Part shown: one piece after another, positions 24,981-39,902 of the stretch
How the letters are laid out: each line of letters begins with the position of its first letter
Numbering within the stretch: position 1 is the stretch's first letter
DNA from: Anaeromyces robustus
Taxonomy: Eukaryota
NCBI GenBank assembly: GCA_002104895.1
Contig: MCFG01000009.1
Coordinates: 124,001 to 188,000 of the forward strand
Direction: 5' to 3'
DNA length: 64,000 bases
Notes under the pieces: model-generated
What the model was told of the DNA's origin: nothing
Database searches by the model: none
Seen by the model: only the letters and a program-made list of their open reading frames with translations
Made by a program: the position numbers and the translations under genes

Positions 24981-25488
24981 TATTTCTTCTTTTTTTTTAT
25001 ATATTATTATAGTATTATTATTCTTTTTATATATAAAAAATATTTTTAATTATTTTTCATTTATATAATATATATTATTTCTTAATTTATATGTTTTATT
25101 ATTTTTTATTTATTAATTTTTTTTTATTTTATATTAGTTAATTTTATTAATATTTTTTTCTCTTTGTAGAATAATTTTTATGAAAAAAAAATAAAGGATT
25201 GTGAATTAACTATTTCTTTAGGTCTTAAAAGCATAAACTTTTTCAGGTATTATATATATATATATTTTTTTTTTTTATTTATTTTATTATTAAAAAAATA
25301 AGGTAAAACTTTTTAAAAATAAAACTCTATATTTTGCATACTTATTTTAAATTCATGTAATAAATTAATTTTTAGGTTTAATAAATTATAAAAAAAAAGT
25401 ATTTAAATGGTTTTTACTTTTAAAAAAATTTTTTTTCTTTTTTTGAAAATTGTATAATAAATAATTTAAAATTTTTAATTATTTAATA

Positions 25489-28400
25489 TTAATAATACTG
25501 TCCTGGTTGGGAATAACTTGGATAACGAAGTTCAGTTCCTGGTTTGCTTTGTCTTGACATACGACTACTTATGCTATAAGCACGATTACGTTCTTCATTA
25601 ACTCTTGCAACATCTTCAACACGTCTCATCAGTTGAGTTCTACTAGATTGTAACTGTGATGGTGTTGGCATATTTGAAAGAGATGGGGAAGCATGAACCA
25701 TACCAAGACTGCTTTGAATTGGTGATTTCTGATAAAGATAGTTATTATTTGCTATTATTGGAGAATGATTAGAATTTTGAATTAAATTTTCTAAAGTTGG
25801 TGATGCCATATTACCAATATTTAATAAAGGTCTTGTCATTCTTGAAGACACATAATTAGGTGCTAGCATATCAGGTTGTACAGATCTTGTTCCATTACGC
25901 CTACTTAATTCAATAGTACTTGCTAAAGATCTAACCTCGTTTGGTTTTATACTCTGACTTAATGATGGTCTTTTTGAATACAAATTAGCAGTTTGAGATA
26001 GATAGCTATATTGTGAATCAATTTCATCTAAATTATCACCAGTTGTACTGCCCATTGTTGGGTATCTTAATGAAGAAGCCATTGGAGAAGGATGAAGAGT
26101 AGAATTATTATATGAAAGTTGAGGAGATTGTGAATATGAATACAATGGTGATTTTGAAAAAGATTGAACTTTTTGATGAAGATCACGAACCTCATTATTT
26201 AATGAACGATTTGTACTAAAAAAAAAAAAAAAAAAAAAAAGCAAAAAAAAAAAAAAAAAAAGAAAAAAATATAATATAAATAAAAGAAGAAAATTTAGTA
26301 TTAATGTATTTAAATATTATGAAAATAAAAAATAAAAAACATTTTATATTATAATTTATCATTATATTATTACCTTGTTAATTTTGCAATAATTTTTAAT
26401 AAATGTTGTTGATCTGATGGATTTTCTTCTTTTCCTGATTCACCTTCTACAACAGAAGTATTTGAAGTTTCATTATTATCTTTATTAGATGCAATTTTAC
26501 TATTTAGTTCATCAACTTTTTGATTTTCTTTATTTACTGCCTCATCTTCTTTATTTGTTGTATCGAATGAAGTTTTTGGAATTGGTTCAAGTTCAATATT
26601 TGTATTTGCTTCAGATGATTTTATATTGTTCAATAAAGTATTACTTGTTTCATTTTCCTTTAATATATTTGGTTGTTCCATAGATAACACATTTTTGACT
26701 TCTTGATCTAAATTCATAGTAGAATTAGAAGGCATTAAAGATTTATCACCATAAAGAGATTTAAGCTCATTTTCTTTGGCGGACAATTGATTAAGAAGTC
26801 TAGTAACTCTATTTTCTTGATCATACATTTTTTGACGTTCTAAAGTAATAGTCATAAGATCAGCTTCAAGCTTTGTAGTTAATTGTTTCTGTTGATTATC
26901 AATATCAGTTAACTGTTTTGCCCTAATATTTAAATTATTCCATTCAGCTTTTATTTGTTCATCAATTTCCATTTTATATCGTTCAGCTTCCATATTTTTT
27001 AATTTTATATCAGTCTCGCAATCTCTTATTACTTGTTCTCGAGTATTTAATTTATGTTCAACGGAACGTAAATCCATTTTTTCTTTTTCGATTCTTTTTT
27101 CTGTTTCCATAATAAATAATTCACGTTGATTTATATCTGCATCTTTTTTATCAAGTGATATTTCTCTTTCTTGAAGAATCGTTTCTCTTGTAGCTAAATT
27201 AATATTAACATCATCTAAATGTGTTAAAAATCTTAACGCGGATTCAACAGTTGGATTAGGTATAAATTTTTTTAATAAATCTAATGGAATACTATTAGAA
27301 TCATTTTGAATAGCAACTGATTGAGTTTGTTGATTCAGTAATAATTCGTTTTGCTTTTTCAATGTATTAATTTCATTATTCAATTTTTCGATTTCAAGTT
27401 TTCCATCCTCATTTTGTAATTCATATTGATTGCATAATTCATCTCTTTTTCCAATTTCTTCAGATAATTCACTATCTTTTTTTAATAAAAGATCTTGTTT
27501 TTCTTTTTGGAAAACTTTATATTGTTCATGTAAATCATTTTTTAAATTTTCAATAGTATGTATATTATTTTCATTTTGAGTAAAAATATTTTGATACATA
27601 TTATTTAATTTTTCTTTTTCTTCTGTTAGGTTACCGATAATTTTATTTAAATCATTAATTTGATCATCTTTTGCTTTAATTAATTTTAATGTTTCTTCTT
27701 TTTGAAGTTCAATACTTTTCATTTTTTCTTCCGCTTGTATTAAATGTTCATTTAAATTATTACATTCTTGTGTCTTAAGATTCAATAGTTCTTGAATTTT
27801 TTGATTTTCATTATATCTTAATTCCTTTTCATTAAATATTTTTGAATAATCTTCTTTTAATTGTTTGATTTCTGAAGTCATCTGATTAAGCATTACTGAT
27901 GAATCTTTATATTTATTATTTAATTCTTCATATTCGTTTGATTTTTTATCAAATAATTCCTTATTATATATTAATGACTTATTTAAATCTTCATACTCTT
28001 TATTTTTTTGCTCTAATAAAGATTGAAGATTCTGATATTTTTCATTTATTTCTTGATATTCTGACGTTAATTGATTTAAATTAGATTGAGATTCATTAAA
28101 TTTATTATTAGCTAATTGACATTCATTTGTTAAGTTATTTATAGTTAACTGTGTAGCTTGGTATTGCTCACTAATTTTTTGATATTCTTGTATTCTTTCT
28201 TCTAACAATTTCTGTGAGTCTTGATTAGTAGACAATGCTTTATCATATTCATTAGATTTTTCATCTAACAATTGTTGTAATTTTTGATATTGATCATTTA
28301 TTTGTTGAATTTCTAATAACTTTATATTTAAATTAGATTTTAACTGTTGAATTTCTTTATCTTTTTCTTTTATACTATCATTAATTTCTTTATAACTTTG

Positions 28401-29614
28401 AACTTGTTCATTATTCTTTAATTTCAAATTTTCTAAATCAATCGTTAATGAATTAATTTTCTGTTCATATTGAATTTTTTCATCTTCTATATTGTTTGCT
28501 AAATTATTTAGTTCTTGTTCATATTTAATTTTATTATCTTCACTTTGTTTAATCTATATGTTATAATTTATATTTTAGAAAAAAGAAAATTAAAGTTAAA
28601 ATATATTATAGTAATAATTAAGTACAAAAACGAAAAAAAAATTAAAAAATAAAATAAAATAAAATAACAAATTGAGTAAATAATTATAAAAGTATATACA
28701 TTATTCGTTTTTTCATTTTCTAATTCAAATATTTTTTGCTTTAATTCATTCAATTCTTGTTCTTTTTGTTCTAAGGAAGATTGTGATATAATCAATTGTT
28801 CATTTAATTGGCTAATTGAACTATCTTTATCTTTAATTTTATTCTCTATTTCTTGATTAATATCAGAATTGTCTTGATTTTGTTTTTCATATTCTTTAAT
28901 TTTTAATTCATGTTCTTCTATTTGAACTTGTAACTCTTTATTTATTTTTTCTATTTCCTCTTTTTCATAAATCTTTTCTGATATCTCTTTCAATTCTTTG
29001 ATGTTCTCTTGAATTATATTTTCTTTTTCTTTCAACAATTCTTTTAATTTATTTAATTCTATATTTTTTTGATTTAATTTTTCATCAAAATCAATCTGAC
29101 TGTTATTATTCGCTTCTAATTCCCTATATTTTCTTTGTAACTCATCAAAGCTTTTGCTTTTATTTTCATATTCTAATTCTTTTTCATTATAATAATTTTT
29201 TAACTCCTCTAATTTTGTAGAATTCTCTTGAAAATCAGTTTCTAATTTTTTAATTGTTTCCTGTTGAGAATTAATAAAAACTTCTTTTGTTTTTAATAAG
29301 TCATTAAGATTTTGAATTTCATTAATTTTTTCATTTAATTGATTATTAATGATGTTAAATTGTTCTGTTTTTTCAAATAATAATTTCTGATAATTATTTA
29401 GTGAAGTAGAATTGTTTAAGGCATTTGTGGTTTCTGGTAGATTTAAATTTGATTTTTTTCTATTTAAATCATTATGAACTCTTTTTTTATCCTCTGTACC
29501 ATTACTTATACTATGATTTCTTGAAGCAGTCTATAATTTTTTTTTTATTACAAAAAAAAAAGAGAACATATATATATTACAGTATTAATATTATTATTAT
29601 TGTTGTTGTTGTTG

Positions 29615-29646
<32 letters not shown>

Positions 29647-29878
29647 TATTATTATTATTATTATTATTATAAAGTAAAATTTTATTAAAAATTACTCTTG
29701 CTTTTGGAGTTCCTGTAGATTTTTTCTGATATTGCTTTAACTATTATTTTTTTAAAAAAAAAATAATACATTAATATACAAGTCTTTCTTTTAACATATA
29801 AATATATAAAATAAAAAATTAGCATATATATAAATATACTCTTTGTTTTGCAAGACGAAGTTTTTCTTCTTTGTCCAT
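25489..29878 (-). CDS. Long coiled-coil protein with basic N-terminal helix and S/P-rich disordered C-terminus (golgin- or centrosomal-like)
   Basis: Exons approx. 29878-29840, 29742-29696, 29530-28700, 28554-26373, 26216-25489. Starts MDKEEKLRLAKQRLKQYQKK, followed by ~1,000 aa of E/K/Q/L heptads. Confidence 0.75.
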
Positions 29879-30341
29879 TATTTACTGAATAAATAAACTT
29901 TATAAAATTTATGATATATATAATTATAATAATAATAATAATAATCTAAGTTAATTATTTGCAATTTAAAAAATAATAATTAATAATATATATAAGTTTT
30001 AAATTATTTATTTGTAATGATTTTTTTTAAATATAATCATAAATTTAATATAAATATTAAACATATATATTTAGAAATTTTTCTCTTTTACTTTGATTAA
30101 ATTACAAAAAATCTTACCTAAATCTAAATATATTATTTTTTGGTTATATATAAATAATTAATTTTATTACTTGTAATATATAATATTATTAGAAATTAAA
30201 ATAATAAAGGGAATTTTTCATGTTGAATCAATAATCAATAATATAAATACTATTATTTATTTGTTCGTTTTTTGATTTGTTTATTTGTTTGTTTAATTGC
30301 TATATTTACTTTCCTTTTTTTAAAAAACAAAAAAACTATTT

Positions 30342-30381
<40 letters not shown>

Positions 30382-30804
30382 TTTTTCTTTTTATTTAAAT
30401 TTTTATTGTTAATATATAGATAATTAACTTTTCTTTTAATATCACTATTTATTTTAAAATTATAAGATGAAACCCTTACAATAAAAACAATATATTATAA
30501 AAAATATAATTTTAAAATAATAACTTTTATAATAAATATTAATTATTATAAAATATTAAATTTTATTAAAACTAATAAGATATATTAATTAATTATTAAA
30601 AATCTATCAATAATATTCATTTAAGAAAATTTTATTTATATGTCTTTTATCCAGAAAAGAAATATTTTAGTATATTAGTATAGGAGTTTAAAAAATATAT
30701 TTATTAAACTTTACCCATTATAATTAACAATATTTTTTCTTTTTTCATTTTATTTTATTTAATTATTTACTTAGTTAATACCTAATTATTTTATTAATAA
30801 AAAA

Positions 30805-32526
<1,722 letters not shown>

Positions 32527-32670
32527 TTTTATTATAAATATAAATCTATTAAAAAAGCAACTTTAAAAAAAAAAAAAAAAAAAACTCTAAATAAATAAAA
32601 ATATATTTTATTTATATTTATTTTTTTTAATGAAAATGATATTAATTACATTTAATATTGTATTATACGT

Positions 32671-33015
32671 TAAAATAAAATATATTTAATAAAATAATAT
32701 ATATATATTTACAAAAAAATTTAATGTATGAAAATTATGAAATTAAACATTAATTTTCTGTTTTAAAATCAACTTTTGAATTATTTGTCAATTCAGAGGA
32801 TAAATTACCATTACCATCTCTTGATATTGCTTTTGAAATATTCTAAAATAAAATATATTTAATAAAATAATATATATATATTTACAAAAAATTTAATGTA
32901 TGAAAATTATGAAATTAAACATTGATTTTCTGTTTTAAAATCAATTTTTGAATTATTTGTCAATTCAGAGGATAAATTGCCATTACCATCTCTTGATATT
33001 GCTTTTGAAATATTC
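32671..33015. repeat. Tandem duplication (~173-bp unit x2) containing the Rab28 last exon
   Basis: 32671-32843 and 32844-33015 differ by three substitutions and a 1-nt A-run length difference. Confidence 0.95.
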
Positions 33016-33881
33016 TAATAATAATTATTTAAGAATAAATAAGTTAAATTTAATGAAGGTTTTACTTATAATATATATATAATTCAAACCTTTGAATCAT
33101 ATTGCTTTCTATAATATGTTATTCCTAATAAATTTGATGTAATTTGTAAAAACATATTATTAATATTTTCACCAGTTTTTGCTGATACATGAAAGCTATT
33201 CAATTTATTATTGGTTACAAAATTATCATGTAACTCTTTTGAAACTGTTTGCATATGATATAAATCAACTATTTAATTAATTTCCATTAAATGAAATTTA
33301 ATTAATAAAAATGTAATTAACATAATATAAAACTTATTTATTAAATTCATTAAAATATATCATATAAAACATTAATACTTTTATTCCCAACACAGGCAAT
33401 ATAAGGATTATTCTTTTTTGATTGTTTTGAAGATAAAGTTTTATTAATAATATTTAACCATTTCTCTAAATTTTGAAAACTTAATGTATGTGTAACATCA
33501 TAACATAATAAAATTGCTTGAGCACCATATAGATAATTAGATATCATTCTATTATTTATTGCTTGCCCTCCAATATCCCAAATTTGAATATTTGCTGATA
33601 CATCGCCTTATTTTTAAAATTATAATTTTAATAAAAATTAAACACATAAATAAAATATATATAATGTTTATAAAAAAAATATAAATTAATATACCACTTA
33701 AATTAATTCTTTTTGAATAAAAATCTAATCCTACGGTTTGTTCATATTGAACAGGAAAAGTATCTTGAGTAAATTTTTGAGCTATTGAGGTTTTGCCAGA
33801 TATTTCATTTCCAAGCATAACAATTTTTATCTGTGGTTCGTCATATTGTTTGGATAATTTCTCTACACTTTGTTCAAGCAT
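32907..33881 (-). CDS. RAB28: Rab28 small GTPase (cilium-associated)
   Basis: KIVMLG...SGKTS, YEQTVGLDFYSKRINL, Rab28-type IWDIGGQ, YLYGAQAILLCYDVT, VGNKIDL, VSAKTGE, C-terminal CaaX CLIS. Confidence 0.88.
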
Positions 33882-34420
33882 TTCTCTTCAATGAATAATT
33901 AAAATAAAAAAGCTTTTTCGTTATTATTCAAAGCTAATTAATTAGAAATAATATAAATATTAAAATATATTAATGTTTAATTAATTTCTAATTAAAAAGA
34001 AAGCCACAAATTTAATTAAAATTTTTAATTAAAAATAAAATTAATTATTAAAAAAATAATTGTGGATTATCATATAGCTTAATAGCTTAATATATATTAA
34101 TATATATATAGCGTAACCTTTTTATTTATTAAAGTAATAATTTTCCTCAATTTTAACCCTCTACACATATTAATTTTAAATTTAGTAACTTTAAAGATAA
34201 AAAAAAATATAAAAAATAAAAATAAAATAAATATAATTTTAAGAATGGGAAGAAAAATAAAAAGAAGGCATATATTATATTTTAATTTTTTATATAGTTT
34301 TATTTCTATTATTTTTTAAAAAATTTATTTAAAAAATAACATTCTACATAATTGTCATAATTAAAATAAATAGTTTTAAATGTGTAATTAAATTAATAAT
34401 GTACGATTGTTTATTCTAAT

Positions 34421-35371
34421 ATGTCTACAAAACAACATATTAACGAAAATAATACCGAAAATGAGAATATTAATGAAAATATTAGTGATAAAATTAATTC
34501 CAAGCTTAATCATTCATTATCAAAATTGTCAGTCAAAGATATAGATGAAAATGGAAATGAAAATGTAATCGATAATTCAGATATATCAAATAATAAGGTA
34601 TTTAGTTATTCAACAATAATAAATAAGTATAATGAGAATGAAAATTATCATAAACAATTCAAAATGAAGAAACAATTATATAATTTTACAAAAAGAGAAA
34701 TAAGTGGTTATAGAACAGGAATGGGAGAATATATTCCTACAAATAACACATTACCTTTAACTAATTTTGCCATTCCTACTCCGGGTCCATCAGATTATTA
34801 TTGTAATTCAGGTAAATCAGGATATGAGTATACTATGTTAGGAAGACCACAAGAAAAAAATAATAGTATTGGACCTGGACCAGCATCTGCAAACACAAGA
34901 TTAAAAGAAAAATACCCCTATTGGACAATTGGGGAGAAATTATATTATCCAAAAAGTATTTATTTATATATATTAACGTTTAATTTTATAATTTTATAAT
35001 AAATGATTAATTATTTATTTACAAAAATGAATTAAGATCAATTTGATAATGGGGTACCAGGGCCATATTATTCGTTACCAGATATTCAATTTGACGGTCA
35101 AAAAGTTACTCTTAAATCAAGGCATTATACTAAACGTATTAATAAAATATCATATTGAATTAATATACTATATATTATATATATTATATAATATTGAGTT
35201 TATTTTTTATATTATTATATACAAATATCGTAAAATTAAAATTATAATTTAAATTATGCATATAAGGTGAAATACAGCCTAGTCCGTCAGATTATAACTG
35301 TAGAAAAGAAACACCTGATGGACCATATTATTCATTTGGCAGAAAATACCAAAAAACAAGTATAGAAAAAA

Positions 35372-35414
<43 letters not shown>

Positions 35415-36749
35415 AATTTTTTCATAAATCTAAGAATTATATATATTATTCATTGAATATATATTAATAATAGTACAAGATAATCCAGGGGTCGGCGAAT
35501 ATTCTGTTTTATATGATTATTTATCTACATTAAAGCAAAGTCCAAAATATTCTTTTCATTCAAAACCAGGAATAGGGCTTTTTGACGATGCAGCAATCAA
35601 TAGTAAAATTATAAATAATTATTAAATTAATTTTTTATTTTTTATTTTTATTAATCTAATATTAATTATATTAAAATATATTTAAATTGAAAATAGTGGG
35701 TACGCCTGGTGCTAATAAGTATAATATTAAAGAAAAACCTTCTAATATATATGCTTCAATTAAAGGGAAATATAAAGATGATAGAGGAAATGGAAATCCA
35801 GCACCAAATAATTTTGAAATTCCATCTTCGATACTAAATCAAAATAATTTTACATTTACGGGAAAGCCATTGAATGGTATAATATATCATTAATTTTAAT
35901 TTAATTATGATCATTTTTATTTTAAATAATATATAAATGATATATTTAAATTTACAAAAATATAAATAAAAACATTATTAATAATATAATAGAATATGAA
36001 AAAAAAGCGGATGAACCTGGTCCAGTAAATTATAAACCACAGTATAATGAAATATTAAGAAAAAGTCCAATGTATTCATTTGGTAAAGCTGATAGATCAA
36101 ATAATAAAAGTAAGTTTAATATTATTACTAATATTTTTATATAAAAGCTTATCCAAATGATAATATTAAATATATTAATATAACAATAAACAGCTATAAG
36201 TAATAAACCAGGTCCAATACATGATGTAACGTATGAAAACATTGCCTATAATACTATTCCTAAGATAACTATAAAAGGTAAGGCAAAAGTGAAGATACCG
36301 AAAACACCAGGTCCATCTGATTATTTTAAAGATTTAATGAATATTCCAATAAAGCTTGAAAAAATAAGAAGGACACCAAAGATTCAAAAGTATTTTGGAT
36401 CAGGAAGAAGTAATTTAAAATATTCAAAAATAGTTTATAAATGACTTAATTGAATATTATTTTAACAAAATTAATAATACTATTTTTATATATTATAGAG
36501 GAACCAAAAAAAGTACCACCAACACCAGGACCAGGATCATATGATAATGATAAAATCATTAAATATCAGTCTTCACCAACTTATTCAATGGGTAAAAAGT
36601 TAAATGGAAAGACCAATACCTGTCATACTGAGTTTAATTATACTATATCAGAAAAACCAAAAGAAGGAATTAAATTCAAAGGAAGGATGTCAAATTATGT
36701 TCTTACTTTTCCAAGTAATCGTATTAATATTATTAAATCTAAAGTCTAG
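34421..36749 (+). CDS. ODF3/SHIPPO-1 (Pro-Gly-Pro repeat) axonemal microtubule-associated protein
   Basis: Repeated TPGPSDY, GPGPAS, VPGPYY, TPGANKY, EPGPVNY, TPGPGSY motifs followed by 'P.YS(M/F)G'; 8 exons. Confidence 0.85.
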
Positions 36750-37088
36750 AATAATATTTACAAATATTATAAATTATTATATATAGTATTATTAATTTTC
36801 ATATATATTATATCTTTATATTTGGCAATTATATATAATGTATTATATTAAATATAAAGCATAATCAGTTTAATAATTTTTCAAATACAATTATTGAAAA
36901 TTTTATTTGAATTTTATTTTTGTTAATAACCATATATATATTTGAATAAAATTATATATATATTAATATAAATTCATATAGTTTTAATATTGTAATTATT
37001 AATAAAGATAAATATATTAATAATAAACAAATATAAAATGAAAAGATAATTTTTCAACATAGATATTAGAATTAATTATAATAACTAT

Positions 37089-38450
37089 TTAAAGATTTGA
37101 ATGTACAATTAGTTTTGAATGCTTTGTACAATTTTTTTTTAAACATTTTTTACAAACACTTATATATTGTCGATCACCTATTTTTAAAATCGGATCATTG
37201 TTTAAAGCTTGATATACCATATTTGCAATACATCTCATGTAACACCATTTTCCACATAAATAATCAGTTTGTTTTATTTCGTTAATACCAATCTAAATAA
37301 ATATATAAATAAATTTTTTGTTAGTTATTAATATTATTCTTTAATTGCTATAAATTATTATTTAATTATTTAATTATTATTTCTATATAAATTATAATGT
37401 TAACCTTTTTTGCAAATGATTCACCCATTTCAATTTCATATATAAACATTCTTTCTAATAAGTCCATTGAAAATATTAGAGGAATTAATAAAACCTGTGA
37501 AAATCCATTATTTTTAATATTCTTTAATGTATTATTAATATTTGGTCCAAAGTTTTCTGTAATGCCATTTGATGATTGCCAACAAACAGTATAAGAATAT
37601 TCATTTCTTAATTTTGACATAACACTTTGAATTGTCGATATAACTTCTTTTTTATAATTATTATTTTCATTATTATATGATGAATAGGTTGATTGAGCAC
37701 AGAATAATAAAAATATTCTGGAACTATCGTTATCATTAAATGTTATAATTTTTTCATTAATTTCTTTTGCAATACACTAAATTAAAAATAATATTAAAAT
37801 ATAAAAATATATAATATTAATACTTATATAAAAAAATCAAATATTTAATATATACAATTTTTTAAAACCTCTATTAATTCTGGGTATTTAGCCCAATTAT
37901 CTACAATTTTCCATCCAATTTTTTTATCTTTGTCTAAGATTTCAATATATTCTTCAATATCTGCCATTATTCGTGAAGTATAAGAATCAGAATAATGTGG
38001 ATTATTAAATAGTATAACAACTTTTGACACTTTATCAGCAATTATTTTTCTTACTGTTGTTGAAATTTTATCTATACCATTATTTTTTGCATAATATAAT
38101 TTATGAGGAGCTATATTATTATTTAAAATATTTTATCAATTAGTTTATTATATTTAAATTCATTTATTGTATATGATTACATACCTGTTAGTGATGATAT
38201 TTTATTCATATATAATTCAAATATTTTCCTTTGTTTTGCTGCCCATAAATTATTTAATATTTTTGGATTATTAATACTATTTTTATCTTGTAACAAAAAT
38301 ATTTTACTATATTTTGTTGCCATCCAAGAACTGATGGATTTATGAAAAGGTAAATTTACAGATGTAAATATTGATTTGAAAAACTCTGAAAATTCTGTTG
38401 CTTTTTTAGGATTACCATTATTAATAATAAGTATTGCTGTTTTCTTTTTT
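37089..38450 (-). other. Ferrochelatase-fold domain (probable pseudoenzyme) within the giant gene
   Basis: Manual alignment to human FECH from memory: FSAHS is FCAQS here, DHIETL is DLLERM, YSCST is YSDSY, and C-x2-C-x4-C is retained. Confidence 0.88.
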
Positions 38451-39653
38451 CTATATATAATAAAATATATAATAGTTTATTTATATATTATTAGATTATT
38501 ATGTTTACAATTTAAAGCAAATATCATAATAATAATTAGTTTATAAAATTTTCGTTATTAAAATTTATTTATTTTTATAATTCAATTAAATAATATCTTA
38601 CCCTTTAACCTCTTTTGATAATTCTTTATCAGTAATATTAAAATTATTAAATATTTCATTTGTTGTTGGAGGAAAGGCATCATCTACAATATTAATATTT
38701 TCATTTGACTCTATACATTTATCAATATTTTCTTCAATAATATTATTAATATCATTTTTTGAATTTCTTTTTATTAAGTCATTATTTATTTTTATATCAT
38801 CATTATTAAAATCATTAATGTTAATTTCATTTTCATTATTATTTATATAATTTAAATTTTTAGAATTAGAAGGATCATCAGTTTTCATAGGTAATTTATT
38901 TGCCACATTTATTAACTTTTTTACTGGATTCATACTCTTAGAACCTAAATTTAAATTAATAGGAATAGGAATTCCTACAGCATTTGAACTATCATTATTA
39001 TCTTTAATTGATTCTGTATTATTCTTTGTTAATTTTTTATTATTTTTTAATTTTAAAGGATTATTTAATATTTCTTCGTTTTTGTTTTCAATTTTATTTA
39101 TTTCTGAATTTTCTTTTATTGAGTTAATTAATTCTTTTAAATTACATAATTCAGATTTAATCGTGGAACATTTTTCATTAATATCTTTTATAGAGTTCCT
39201 ATTTATTAATGTTTTTCCTTCTTCTTTAAGTATTATAGTAAGCATTATTTATTAATATAATTAATTAATTAAAAAAAAGGTTAAATATTAATTGATTAAT
39301 TATTTTTATAATTTTTTTATTATTTATTAATATTTATTATTTATTTTTTCTTATTATTTTATTATTATTATTACCTTTGTTTTCCAAATTATCCCATGAA
39401 AAAATATCGTTTTTAATATTTTTAATTTCATTTTCATCATTACCATTCCAAACATATATTAATGAATCATTTTTATTATTCTCTTTTGTATCATAATTAT
39501 AAACCCATAAGTGGTTTAATGAATTAGAAGTTTTATTCATTATTAAATTTGATTTTTCGTTTGTTTGCTTTTTAATATTTTCTTCTTTATTATTATTATA
39601 TTTCTTTTGTTTATCAATTTGTAAAATATTTTTTAATAAATTAATATTGTTTA

Positions 39654-39689
<36 letters not shown>

Positions 39690-39858
39690 CATCATCATTG
39701 TTATTATCATTATTATTGTTATTATTGTTATTATTATTCATCATAGAACTTTTATTATTTAACTCATCTATATTATTCTTCCATATATAATACAGTATTT
39801 CAGAATTTTCATGTAATCTACTATTATTTTTATTCTTATTACGATTTTCAGTAGATAA

Positions 39859-39902
<44 letters not shown>

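Noticed and set aside
33882..34420. RFX X-box in the Rab28/ODF3 bidirectional promoter
   Set aside because: Only half-site-like strings (agtaac, cgtaac); no full palindromic X-box seen.
37089..38450. Functional HEM15 ferrochelatase annotation
   Set aside because: Catalytic His and other active-site residues are substituted and no targeting presequence is evident, so no gene symbol was assigned.
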